The notes under the pieces are model-generated. The model saw only the letters and a list, made by a program, of their open reading frames with translations. It had not been told where the DNA came from and ran no database searches. DNA of 64,000 nucleotides, from NCBI RefSeq assembly GCF_006345805.1, contig NC_042997.1, positions 209,312,001 through 209,376,000 of the forward strand. The letters are read 5' to 3'. The position numbers were made by a program, and so were the translations under genes. Every line of letters begins with the position of its first letter. Within the stretch, counting starts at the first letter, position 1. The stretch is from Octopus sinensis. Taxonomy: Eukaryota. Shown here piece by piece: positions 49,468 through 64,000 of this stretch.

Positions 49468-50222
49468 AGGAATGGAGTAGACAAGATGAAGGCTACATAT
49501 TTTTCATAGCGAGCGGAACTTCAGAAGAGGTAAAAATCCAAGGGAGGCGTATACCGCAGTTTACTCGTCAGGCCATCGAATCTGTTGACATGTACCGTAA
49601 ATCTTCGATTATCGTCCGCCCTTGAGTATAATACGTAGGGGGTTTTAGGGGGCTGTACCTCTGAAAAACCTAAATCTTGTGTATAATACGCACCCCTTCT
49701 CTAACTTGAGTCGTGCGAAATTAAGCCAGCAGCACCTAGTCGAACAAATACTTCCGCGCATGCGTAATAGAATAATGGTGATGTTCTTAACTGTTATATG
49801 GGAATGTAAATATGTTTGCAAATTGTTTTCGTTACGTGTTATTGTTTACTGCAAGTTATGGATGATTCTTTTATGACTTCATTGCTTTCAGGCTTAGCTT
49901 AAGGTATTTTCGCGTCCGATAATGCGTCTGCCGGACAGCAAATAGAGACTTGGACATTGTTTAGAAAATATTTTTCATTTTTAACCTCGTATATAGTACG
50001 CACTAGGGATTTTGACCTTTAAATTTTGTGGAAAAAATGCGGATTATACTCGAGGATTTACGGTATCTCCTAACGACAATGTAAACTTTTATTCAATTAA
50101 GATATCCTTTGCCTGAAAACTAACCTTCGGTATGTATACACCTCGCTTGGATATTTACCACTTCGGAGGTTCCGCTCGCTATGAAACATATGTAACCCGG
50201 ATCTTATCTACTCCATTGCATA
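49468..50222. repeat. Inverted repeat (about 85-bp arms), possible PLE remnant
   Basis: 49468-49555 is the reverse complement of 50130-50220. The right arm contains GAAA-CATATG-TA. Confidence 0.55.
49593..50065. mobile_element. pogo/Tigger-type MITE with TA target duplication
   Basis: TA-CCGTAAATCTTCGATTAT ... ATACTCGAGGATTTACGG-TA. Confidence 0.7.
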
Positions 50223-50555
50223 ATTCGTGTATTTTTATTCGCATACCTGGCATGCCTGGCCGCCTACCATGAAATATAAAATATTTTTTTCCAGCTTATC
50301 GTTCTTCGATATCGGGGGGAAAAAATCTGCAACCTTCCGTCACGATAAATTCACTCTTGTTCCTGAAAGTTGTTTATTTTCTACGGATTGTTTGAAGCGT
50401 TCTTTGTGTCATGTAGCCAACTAGAAACGGTGTTTCTTGGGGCTAAATAGCAGTAGCATTCTACCTTTTCCTGGGACTACGACTGTGACGGCGTGTGTAT
50501 CGTTGGCGATGTTTTTTCCTCCGTCTTCCCTTCCTTGGATCTTTCCTTTTTCTAT

Positions 50556-50590
50556 GTTTCTGACGAAGAGTTCTGCTCGAAACGTTAAAT
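50556..50590 (+). ncRNA. Hammerhead ribozyme (minimal type I, family F)
   Basis: gttt-CTGACGA-a-gagt-tct-gctc-GAAACGTT-aaat, within a repeat at 50490-50692 that ends in (TA)n. Confidence 0.7.
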
Positions 50591-50688
50591 CCTCCTTCTT
50601 TCTTTCCTTTCCTGAGCGTCCAATAACACTATACTTGTTCCACGTCCTCGGGTTGTTGTGTTTTCTCTTTTTGTTTTCATGTTTGGAT

Positions 50689-50742
<54 letters not shown>

Positions 50743-51257
50743 TTATTATTAAAGCTGCAAAAACATCTAAAAAACTGCAGTTGTTTTGTGGTGTTTTTTG
50801 CAGCTTTAATAAAGCATATAACTCTACCTCCAGTATTCGAGTACTATTTATCCCACTTTGTTTGACATTTGTGTGCCTACTCTGGTATATATATATATTT
50901 GCAGACATTTACGTAATGTAAATGGTAACGATGAAACCTAGGTATGTGACTTATTGGTAAATTTTGTATCTTTTCATTTGTCTTGTTCGCTTTACGTTGT
51001 GGCGCTTGCCGAAATTCCTTGAGAAGAATTCTTCTTAGTGGTCAGACCATATGAGATCTACCTTTACCATATTAGGAATTCACCTGGTGGTCATTCCTCT
51101 TGTATGTATGTATGTAGTATGTATGTATGTATGTATGTATGTATGTATGTATGTATGTATGTATGTATGTATGTATGTATGTATGTATATAAGAATTTTT
51201 TGCGTAATAAGATAAAAACCAAGGGTGTATAGATATTAGAGCATTTATAGGTATAAG

Positions 51258-51309
51258 GTCTTACAGCTGTTTCTAGGATATTAATTAATAACATCCCTTC
51301 ATCGGAGAC
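51258..51309 (-). ncRNA. Hammerhead ribozyme motif (CCGATGA core variant)
   Basis: gtct-CCGATGA-ag-ggatgtt-attaatt-aatatcc-ta-GAAA-CAGCTG-TA-agac. Confidence 0.6.
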
Positions 51310-51545
51310 GGTGTGAGAGGAAAGTTAAGTCATTGTTAGTTTAGATGTGATACAAAACAGAGAGTATGTATATGTATATATAATGGAGAAATTGTACAAG
51401 ACGTATAAATGGATAGTGAGTAAAGCACCGGCACGGTTTCGATTCCTTGTTGTTATCCATAGATTTACTGCAGGAACTTCGTAGTGGCATCTGGGGTAAC
51501 AGTATTAATAAAATAGGAGATGGAATGTGTAATAGACTTTATTGG

Positions 51546-51587
51546 GTACAACACATGTTTCGACCCATTCTGGGTCTCTTCAGGTAC
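51546..51587 (-). ncRNA. Hammerhead ribozyme (minimal type I, intact core)
   Basis: gtac-CTGAAGA-gaccc-agaat-gggtc-GAAA-CATGTG-TT-gtac, followed 2 nt later by AATAAA. Confidence 0.8.
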
Positions 51588-51687
51588 ATCAATAAAAAGT
51601 CTCGCTAGAGATTTTTGAGTTGGTTTACGTACAGCTATATGTCTATCAAATTCGAGAATGAGTAAAATCAGAGAAAAATTATTGAAA

Positions 51688-53795
51688 CATGTATGTATGT
51701 ATGTATGTATGTATGTATGTATGTATGTATGTATGTATGTATGTATGTATGCATGCATGTATGCATGTATGTATGTATGTATGTATGTATGCATGTATGT
51801 ATGCATGTATGTATGTATGTATGTATGTATGCATGTATGTATGTATGTATGCATTGTATGTATGTATGTATGTATGTATGCATGTATGTATGCATGCATG
51901 TATGCACGCATGTATGCATGCATGTATGTATGTATGTATGTATGTATGTATGTATGCATGTATGCACGCATGTATGCATGCATGTATGTATGTATGCATG
52001 TATGCATGCATGCATGTATGTATGTATGTATGTATGCATGTATGTATGTATGCATGTATGTATGTATGTATGTATGTATGTATGAATGTATGCATGCATG
52101 TATGTATGCATGTATGCATGCATGCATGTATGTATGTATGTATGTATGCATGTATGTATGCATGTATGTATGTATGTATGTATGTATGTATGTATGCATG
52201 TATGTATGTATGCATGTATGTATGTGTATGTATGTATGTATGTATGCATGTATGTATGTATGCATGTATGTATGTATGTATGTATGTATGTATGAATGTA
52301 TGCATGCATGTATGTATGTATGCATGTATGCATGCATGCATGTATGTATGTATGTATGCATGTATGTATGTATGTATGTAGTATGTATGCATGATGTATG
52401 TATGCATGTATGTATGTATGTATGTATGTATGTTGTATGTATGTCATGTATGTATGTATGCAGTTTGTATGCATGTTGTATGTATGCATGTATGTATGTA
52501 TGTATGTATGTATGCATGTATGTATGTATGCATGTATGTATGTATGTATGCATGCATGTATGCATGCATGCATGTATGTATGTATGTATGCTGTATGTAT
52601 GTTAATGTATGAATGTATGCATGCATGTATGTATGTATGTATGTATGTATGTATATGTATGTTACATGTATGTATGTATGTATGTATGCATGCATGTATG
52701 TATGCATGTATGTATGTATGTATGTATGTAGTTGCATGTACGTATGTATGTATGTAGTATGTATGTATGCATGCATGTATGTATGTATGAATGTATGCAT
52801 GCATGCATGTATGTATGTATGTATGTATGCATGTATGCATGCATGCATGTATGTATGTATGTATGTATGCATGTATGTATGTATGTATGCATGTATGTAT
52901 GTATGTATGTATGTATGTATGTATGTATGCATGTATGTATGTATGTATGTATGTATGCATGTATGTATGTATGTATGTATGCATGTATGCATGCATGCAT
53001 GTATGTATGTATGTATGTATGCATGTATGTATGTATGTATGCATGCATGTATGTATGTATGCATGTATGTATTTATGTATGCATGTATGTATGTATGTAT
53101 GTATGTATGTATGTATGTATGTATGCATGTATGTATGTATGTATGCATGCATGTATGTATGTATGCATGTATGTATGTATGTATGCATGTATGTATGTAT
53201 GTATGTATGTATGTATGCATGTATGTATGTATGTATGTATGCATGCATGTATGTATGTATGTATGTATGCATGTATGCATGCATGCATGTATGTATGCAT
53301 GTACGTATGTATGTATGTATGTATGTATGTATGTATGCATGCATGTATGTATGTATGAATGTATGCATGCATGCATGTATGTATGTATGTATGTATGCAT
53401 GTATGCATGCATGCATGTATGTATGTATGTATGTATGCATGTATGTATGTATGTATGCATGTATGTATGTATGTATGTATGTATGTATGTATGCATGTAT
53501 GTATGTATGTATGTATGCATGTATGTATGTATGTATGTATGTATGCATGCATGCATGCATGTATGTATGTATGTATGTATGTATGTATGTATGCATGTAT
53601 GCATGTATGTATGTATGTATGTATGTATGTATGTATGTATGCATGCATGCATGTATGTATGTATGTATGTATGTATGCATGTATGCATGCATGCATGTAT
53701 GTATGTATGTATGTATGCATGTATGCATGCATGTATGTATGTATGCATGTATGTATGCATGCATGCATGTATGTATGTATGTATGTATGTATGCG
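51688..53795. repeat. About 2.1-kb (TATG/CATG)n satellite
   Basis: Visible directly. Confidence 0.97.
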
Positions 53796-54426
53796 TGTAT
53801 TATGTGTGTGTGTGTCTGTGTGTCCCACCGTCACTTCTGAACCAGGTTGGTGTGTTTACGATTCTGTAACTTAGCGGTTCGGCCAAAGACTGAAACAAGT
53901 GAAAGATAAAAGAAAGACAAAGCAGTCACAGACAACCTTTGTCGAGAAAGGGACGCATGAGATAAAGCAGGCTGCACTACTAAAGAATATGAAAATCAAT
54001 CTTTCGTTGTGCGTGCCTGCGGGCCGCAGTTTGCCTATGACTATTTTGAAATAATAAATCACCCAAGCATCAAAAGATATTAAACGCGCTGTCCTGAAAA
54101 TTATTGCCATCAACTGCATGCGCCTGAATCTTGTAAGCCAATGCTACTCAAAGTGGTGGCCCGCGAACCGGTGCCAGTCCGCGGGTCATCGGCTGCTGGG
54201 ACGCGGCGAGTTTCCAGAAAAGAAAGAAACATTATAAAACGCTTATGTAATATTGTATTATTTGTTTACAAAATAAATAGAAAATAAAAAAAAAAATTGT
54301 CAACTTTTATTATATTCATTATATATATTGCAACGTAGAAGGTGTTTATAAGCCATTTAAAAACTCACAAAAAAAAACCCCGTCAGATTCCCGTCAGATT
54401 CCCGTCAACATTTAAATTTTATTTGT

Positions 54427-54471
54427 GTCAAGATATTTTCGTCGCTTTGAAACCGGGACCTGTTCACTGAC
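54427..54471 (-). ncRNA. Possible hammerhead variant with G3:C8 swap
   Basis: gtca-GTGAACA-g-gtccc-ggtttcaaa-gcgac-GAAA-ATAT-CT-tgac. Imperfect in this copy. Confidence 0.4.
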
Positions 54472-54670
54472 TTTCGCTTTAGGGGTACTTTTATCAGTTC
54501 GCCAGTATTAGGGAGGTTTTCTTGCTAGACTCACTGTTCCCTCTGCCTTGCAAATTATTGGTCGTTTGCAGTTTCAGTGGAAGCAGGGTTAGTTCTCGGA
54601 CATGTTTGCCTTCACTGAGGCTTACCGAAGCCGTGTCCGTGGAGGGTGTAAGAGGTGTGTGTGTGTGTAC

Positions 54671-54672
<2 letters not shown>

Positions 54673-54763
<91 letters not shown>
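54673..54763. repeat. (GA)n microsatellite
   Basis: Visible directly. Confidence 0.97.
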
Positions 54764-54765
<2 letters not shown>

Positions 54766-54895
54766 TGTGTGTGTGTGAACATGTACATTATTTGGCAACA
54801 TTCGCCAGGTCGGAAATCTCACCAGATGAAGACAGGCTTGTGTAGTTGTAATGTCTTTGGCAGATGGTGTTTGGCAGTGTTGCTGTCATCACTGG

Positions 54896-56420
54896 CATCA
54901 CCATCACCATCACCATCATCATCATCTTCATCATCATCACCATCACCATCACCATCACCATCAGTATCATCACCATCACCATCACCATCAGTATCATCAC
55001 CATCACCATCACCATCACCATCAGTATCATCACCATCACATCACCATCACCATCATCATCACACCATCACCATCACCATCAGTATCATCACCATCACCAT
55101 CACCATCACCATCATCACATCACCTCACCATCACCATCACCATCATCATCTCACCATCACCATCACCATCACCATCACACATCATCACCATCACCATCAC
55201 CATCACCATCATCATCACACCATCACCATCACCATCATCACCATCACCATCACATCACCATCAACCATCACACATCACCATCACCATCACCATCATCATC
55301 ACATCATCACCATCACCATCACCATCACCATCATCACCATCACCATCACCATCACCATCATCATCATCACCATCACCATCACCATCATCATCATCACCAT
55401 CACCATCACCATCATCATCATCACCATCACCATCACCATCACCATCATCACCATCACCATCACCATCACCATCATCATCATCACCATCACCATCATCATC
55501 ATCACCATCACCATCACCATCACCATCATCATCATCACCATCACCATCACCATCACCATCACCATCATCACCATCACCATCACCATCATCATCATCACCA
55601 TCACCATCATCATCACCATCATCACCATCACCATCACCATCACCATCATCACCATCACCATCACCATCACCATCATCATCATCACCATCACCATCATCAT
55701 CATCACCATCACCATCACCATCATCATCATCACCATCACCATCACCATCACCATCACCATCATCACCATCACCATCACCATCATCATCATCACCATCACC
55801 ATCACCATCACCATCACCATCATCACCATCACCATCACCATCACCATCATCATCATCACCATCATCACCATCACCATCATCACCATCACCATCACCATCA
55901 TCATCATCACCATCACCATCACCATCACCATCATCATCATCACCATCACCATCACCATCATCATCACCATCATCACCATCACCATCACCATCACCATCAT
56001 CATCATCACCATCACCATCACCATCACCATCATCACCATCACCATCACCATCACCATCATCATCATCACCATCACCATCACCATCATCACCATCACCATC
56101 ACCATCATCATCATCACCATCACCATCACCATCACCATCATCATCATCATCACCATCACCATCACCATCATCACCATCACCATCACCATCACCATCATCA
56201 TCATCACCATCACCATCACCATCATCACCATCACCATCACCATCATCATCATCACCATCACCATCACCATCACCATCATCATCATCACACCATCACCATC
56301 ACCATCATCATCACCATCATCACCATCACCATCATCAAAACCACAATCACCATCACCATCATCATCATCACCATCCATCACCATCACCATCATCATCACC
56401 ATCACCATCATCATCACCAC

Positions 56421-56455
<35 letters not shown>

Positions 56456-59400
56456 CCATCATCATCATCACCATCACCATCACCATCATCATCATCATCA
56501 TCCATCACCCATCACCATCACCATCATCCACACATCACAACACATCACCATCATCATCATCACCATCACATCACCATCATCATCATCACCATCACCATCA
56601 CCATCAACCATCATCATCATCACCATCACCATCACCATCATCATCATCACCATCACCATCATCACACCATCACCATCATCACCATCACCATCACCATCAC
56701 CATCATCATCATCACCATCACCATCATCATCATCACCATCATCACCATCACCATCACCACCATCATCATCATCACCATCACCATCATCATCATCACCATC
56801 ACAACCATCACCATCATCATCATCACCCATCACCATCAATCACCATCACCATCACCATCATCACCATCACCATCACATCACCATCTCATCATCACCATCA
56901 AACCACCATCATCATCAACACCATCATCACCATCACCATCACCATCACCATCATCACCATCACCATCATCACCATCACCATCATCATCATCACCATCACC
57001 ATCATCATCATCACCATCACCATCACCATCATCATCATCAATCACCATCACCATCACCATCACACCATCACACCATCACCATCACCATCACCATCATCAA
57101 CCATCACCTCACCATCACCATCATCATCATCACCATCACCATCCATCATCATCACATCACCATCACCATCATCATCATCACCATCACACCATCATCATCA
57201 ACCATCATCACCATCACCATCACCATCATCATCCAATCATCACCATCACCATCACCATCACCATCATCATCATCACCATCACCATCATCATCATCACCAT
57301 CACCATCACCATCCCATCACCATCACCATCATCACCATCACCATCACCATCACCATCATCATCATCACCATCACCATCATCATCATCACCATCACAATCA
57401 CCATCACATCATCCCATCACCATCACCATCACCATCACCATCATCACCATCACCATCACCATCACCATCATCACCATCACCATCACCACACCACCATCAT
57501 CATCACCATCACCATCACCATCAACCATCACCATCACACCATCATCATCATCACATCATCACCATCACCATCACCATCATCACCATCACCATCACCATCA
57601 CCATCATCACCATCACCATCACCATCATCATCATCACACCATCACATCATCACACATCACCATCATCATCATCACCATCACCATCACCATCATCATCATC
57701 ATCATCACATCACCATCACCATCATCATCACCATCAATCAACCATCACCATCAACCATCACCATCATCACCATCAACCATCACCATCACCATCACCATCA
57801 CCATCATCATCATCATCACCATCACCATCACCATCACCATCATCACCATCACCATCACCATCACCATCATCACACCATCACCATCATCCATCATCATCAC
57901 CATCATCACCATCACCATCCCTCACCATCATCATCATCTCACCATCACCATCATCATCATCACCATCACCAATCACCATCAACCATCACCATCCCATCAT
58001 CACACCATCACCATCACCATCACCATCATCATCATCACCATCACCATCACCATCATCATCATCACCATCCATCACCATCACATCATCATCATCACCATCA
58101 CCATCACCAATCATCACCATCACACCATCACCATCACCATCATCAATCACATCACCATCATCACATCACCATCACCATCACCATCATCACCATCACCATC
58201 ACCATCTCATCATCACCATCACCATCACCATCACCTCACCATCCCATCATCACCAATCATCACCATCACCATCACCATCACCATCCAATCACCATCATCA
58301 CCATCACACCATCACCATCATCATCATCAACATCACCATCACCATCACCATCACCATCACCATCATCACCATCACCATCACCATCACCATCATCACCATC
58401 ACCATCACCATCACCATCATCACCATCACCATCACCATCACCATCATCATCATCACCATCCATCATCACCATCATCATCATCATCATCACCATCACCATC
58501 ATCCCATCACCATCATCACCATCACCATCACCATCACCATCATCACATCATCACCATCACCATCACATCACCATCATCCACCATCACCATCATCATCATC
58601 ACCATCACCATCACCATCACCATCATCACCATCACCATCACCATCATCACCATCACCATCACCATCACCATCATCACCATCACACACCCATCATCACCAT
58701 CACCATCACCATCACCATCACCATCATCACCATCACCATCACCATCACCATCATCACCATCACCATCACCATCATCATCATCACCATCACCATCACCATC
58801 ACCATCACCATCACCATCATCACCATCACCATCACCATCACCATCACCATCACCATCACCATCACCATCATCACCATCACCATCACCATCATCATCATCA
58901 CCATCACCATCACCATCACCATCACCATCACCATCATCACCATCACCATCACCATCACCATCATCACCATCACCATCACCATCACCATCATCACCATCAC
59001 CATCACCATCACCATCATCATCATCACCATCACCATCACCATCATCACCATCACCATCACCATCACCATCATCATCATCACCATCACCATCATCATCACC
59101 ATCATCACCATCACCATCACCATCATCATCACCATCATCACCATCACCATCACCATCACCATCATCATCATCACCATCACCATCATCATCATCACCATCA
59201 CCATCACCATCACCATCACCATCACCATCATCACCATCACCATCACCATCACCATCATCATCATCACCATCACCATCACCATCATCATCATCACCATCAC
59301 CATCACCATCATCACCATCACCATCACCATCACCATCACCATCATCACCATCACCATCACCATCACCATCATCATCATCACCATCACCATCACCATCAAT

Positions 59401-59537
59401 CACCATCATCATCATCACCATCACCCATCACCATCATCATCATCACCATCACCATCACCCATCACCATCACCATCATCATCATCACCATCACCATCACCA
59501 TCATCATCATCACCATCACCATCACCATCACCATCAC

Positions 59538-59572
<35 letters not shown>

Positions 59573-60238
59573 CCATCACATCACCATCACCACCATCACC
59601 ATCACATCATCACCATCACCATCACCATCACCATCACCATCACCATCATCACCATCACCATCACCATCACCATCATCATCATCACCATCACCATCACCAT
59701 CACCATCATCACCATCACCATCACCATCACCATCATCATCATCACCATCACCATCACCATCACCATCATCATCATCACCATCACCATCACCATCATCATC
59801 ATCACCATCACCACCATCACATCACCATCACCATCATCATCATCATCATCATTATCATCATCATCACCATCACCATCACCATCACCCATCACCATCACCA
59901 TCATCACCATCATCAACCATCCCATCACCATCACCATCACCATCATCACATCACCATCACCATCACCATCATCATCATCACCATCACCATCACCATCACC
60001 ATCATCACCATCACCATCACCATCACATCATCATCATCACCATCACCATCACACCAATCACACCATCATCACCATCACCATCCATCACCATATCATCATC
60101 ACACCATCACCATCACCATCACCATCATCATCATCACCATCACCATCACCATCATCATCACCATCATCACCATCACCATCACCATCATCATCATCACCAT
60201 CACCCATCACCATCACCATCACCATCATCATCATCATC

Positions 60239-60279
<41 letters not shown>

Positions 60280-60479
60280 GCATCATCATCATCATCACCA
60301 TCACCATCACCATCACCATCATCATCATCACCATCACACCATCCCATCACCATCACCATCATCATCATCATCATCATCACCATCATCACCATCACCATCA
60401 CCATCACCATCATCATCATCAACCATCACACCATCACCATCACCATCACCATCATCATCATCATCATCATCCATCATCA

Positions 60480-60517
<38 letters not shown>

Positions 60518-60595
60518 CCATCATCATCACCATCATCACCATCACCATCACATCACCATCATCATCATCACCATCACCATCACCATCACCATCAC

Positions 60596-60642
<47 letters not shown>

Positions 60643-60755
60643 CATCACCATCACCATCACCATCATCATCATCATCACATCATCATCATCATCATCATCA
60701 TCACCATCACCATCACCATCATCATCATCACCATCACCATCACCATCACCATCAC

Positions 60756-60799
<44 letters not shown>

Positions 60800-60892
60800 C
60801 ACCATCACCATCACCATCACCATCATCATCATCACCATCACCATCACCATCACCATCATCATCATCACCATCACCATCACCATCACCATCAC

Positions 60893-60933
<41 letters not shown>

Positions 60934-61204
60934 CCATCACCATCACCATCACCATCACCATCATCACCATCACCATCACCATCACCATCATCATCATCAC
61001 CATCACCATCATCATCACCATCATCACCATCACCATCACCATCATCATCATCATCATCACCATCACCATCACCATCATCATCACCATCATCACCATCACC
61101 ATCATCATCACCATCATCACCATCACCATCACCATCACCATCATCATCATCACCATCACCATCACCATCATCATCATCACCATCACCATCACCATCACCA
61201 TCAC

Positions 61205-61239
<35 letters not shown>

Positions 61240-62951
61240 CCATCACCATCACCATCACCATCACCATCACCATCATCACCATCACCATCACCATCACCAT
61301 CACATCACCATCATCACCATCACCATCACCCATCACCATCATCATCATCACCATCACCATCACCATCACCATCATCATCATCACCATCACCATCACCATC
61401 ATCACCATCACCATCACCATCATCATCATCATCATCACCATCACCATCACCATCATCACCATCACCATCACCATCACCATCATCACCATCACCATCACCA
61501 TCAATCATCACCATCACCATCACCACATCACCATCATCATCATCACCATCACCATCACATCATCACCATCACCATCACCATCACCATCACCATCATCACC
61601 ATCACCATCACCATCACCATCATCACCATCACCATCACCATCACCATCATCACCATCACCATCACCATCACCATCACCATCATCACCATCACCATCACCA
61701 TCACCATCATCACCATCACCATCACCATCACCATCATCACCATCACCATCACCATCACCATCATCACCATCACCATCACCATCACCATCATCACCATCAC
61801 CATCACCATCATCATCATCACCATCACCATCACCATCACCATCATCATCATCACCATCACCATCACCATCACCATCATCACCATCACCATCACCATCACC
61901 ATCACCATCATCACCATCACCATCACCATCACATCATCACCATCACCATCACCATCACCATCACCATCATCATCATCACCATCACCATCACCATCATCAC
62001 CATCACCATCACCATCACCATCACCATCATCATCATCATCATCACCATCACCATCATCACCATCACCATCACCATCACCATCATCACCATCACCATCACC
62101 ATCACCATCATCACCATCACCATCACCATCACCATCATCACCATCACCATCACCATCATCACCATCACCATCACCATCATCATCATCACCATCACCATCA
62201 CCATCACCATCATCACCATCACCATCACCATCACCATCATCACCATCACCATCACCATCATCACCATCATCACCATCACCATCACCACTCACCATCATCA
62301 CCATCACCATCACCATCATCACCATCACCATCACCATCACCATCATCATCATCACCATCACCATCACCATCATCATCATCATCATCATCATCACCATCAA
62401 TCACCATCACCATCACCATCACCATCACACCATCATCATCATCACCATCACCATCACCATCACACCATCATCATCATCACCATCACCATCACCATCACCA
62501 TCATCAATCACCATCCCTCACCATCACCATCATCACCATCACCATCAACCATCACCATCATCACCATCACCATCACCATCACCATCACCATCATCATCAT
62601 CACCATCACCATCACCATCATCACCATCACCATCACCATCACCATCACCATCATCATCATCATCATCACCATCACCATCATCACCATCACCATCACCATC
62701 ACCATCATCACCATCACCATCACCATCCCATCATCACCATCACCACCATCACCACTCATCACCATCACCATCACCATCATCACCATCACCATCACCATCA
62801 TCATCATCACCATCACCATCACCATCACACCATCATCATCATCACCATCACCATCACCATCACCATCATCACCATCACCATCACCATCACCATCACCATC
62901 ATCACCATCACCATCACCATCACCATCATCACCATCACCATCACCATCAAC

Positions 62952-62982
<31 letters not shown>

Positions 62983-63540
62983 CCATCACCATCATCACCA
63001 TCATCATCATCATCATCACCATCACCATCATCACCATCACCATCACCATCACCATCACCATCATCACCATCACCATCACCATCATCATCATCATCATCAC
63101 CATCACCATCACCATCATCACCATCACCATCACCATCACCATCACCATCATCACCATCACCATCACCATCACCATCATCACCATCACCATCACCATCACC
63201 ATCATCACCATCACCATCACCATCATCATCATCACCATCACCATCACCATCACCATCATCACCATCACCATCACCATCACCATCACCATCATCATCATCA
63301 TCATCACCATCACCATCATCACCATCACCATCACCATCACCATCATCACCATCACCATCACCATCACCATCATCACCATCACCATCACCATCACCATCAT
63401 CACCATCACCATCACCATCATCATCATCATCATCATCATCACCATCATCACCATCACCATCACCATCACCATCATCACCATCACCATCACCATCATCACC
63501 ATCACCATCACCATCACCATCACCATCATCATCATCGCCA
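54896..63540. repeat. About 8.6-kb (CACCAT)n/(CAT)n satellite
   Basis: Visible directly. It resumes at about 63820 and runs to the window end. Confidence 0.97.
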
Positions 63541-63885
63541 CCACCAACACCGTCACCTTAATCAACACGTCTATCATCATTACAACCCCAAACCTCCACC
63601 CCACCACTGTTATACAATAACACCACCATTGTTACACCAAAAATACCATTACCGTTGCGATTACCATATCACCACCACCACCACCACCACTACCATCATC
63701 CTCGCTGTCTTCATCTTCGTCATTGCCGTCGTCGTCGTCGTAGTTATCACCACCACCATCGTCGTCGTCATCATCATCAAACTGCCATCACAATCACCAC
63801 AACCGCCGTTATCACTAGCATCATCATCACCACCACAACCGCCACCATCACCATCATCATCATCATCATCACCATCATCATCACC

Positions 63886-63944
<59 letters not shown>

Positions 63945-64000
63945 CACCATCATCACCATCATCACCATCATCATCATCACCATCACCATCATCATCATCA

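Noticed and set aside
51465-53874. Long MYVC/HTYI ORFs here and at 31480-32531
   Set aside because: Translations of (TATG/CATG)n satellites.
54655-63620. 2968-aa and 2918-aa ORFs (poly-His, Ile-Thr, Ser-Pro)
   Set aside because: CAT/CAC repeats cannot form stop codons on this strand in any frame. Frames swap at indels and there is no domain content.

Overview
AT-rich, microsatellite-dense eukaryotic (animal) DNA, probably intronic or intergenic. The repeat families resemble those I recall from octopus/coleoid cephalopod genomes; that assignment is an inference. No host protein-coding gene can be supported, and almost all long ORFs in the track are translations of simple repeats. Real coding content is transposon-derived: a near-full-length R4/Dong-type RLE non-LTR retrotransposon in (TAA)n (41359-45077, -), a 5'-truncated Tx1/L1-type LINE in (GATA)n (4211-6502, -), and fragments of RTE, CR1/L2-type, Ty3/Gypsy and mariner elements. 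There are also several SINE families, MITEs, a Helentron-type non-autonomous element and multi-kb simple-sequence satellites. The most notable signal lies in RNA structure rather than in ORFs. About ten minimal type-I hammerhead ribozyme (HHR) motifs of the Penelope-like-element (PLE) kind occur in about seven otherwise dissimilar repeat families, mostly next to (TA)n and often as inverted partial duplications. One family joins a tRNA-derived Pol III head to an HHR tail and recurs in head-to-head inverted form, making it a candidate ribozyme-bearing, PLE-mobilised SINE. All folds and alignments were done by eye, and element boundaries are approximate.
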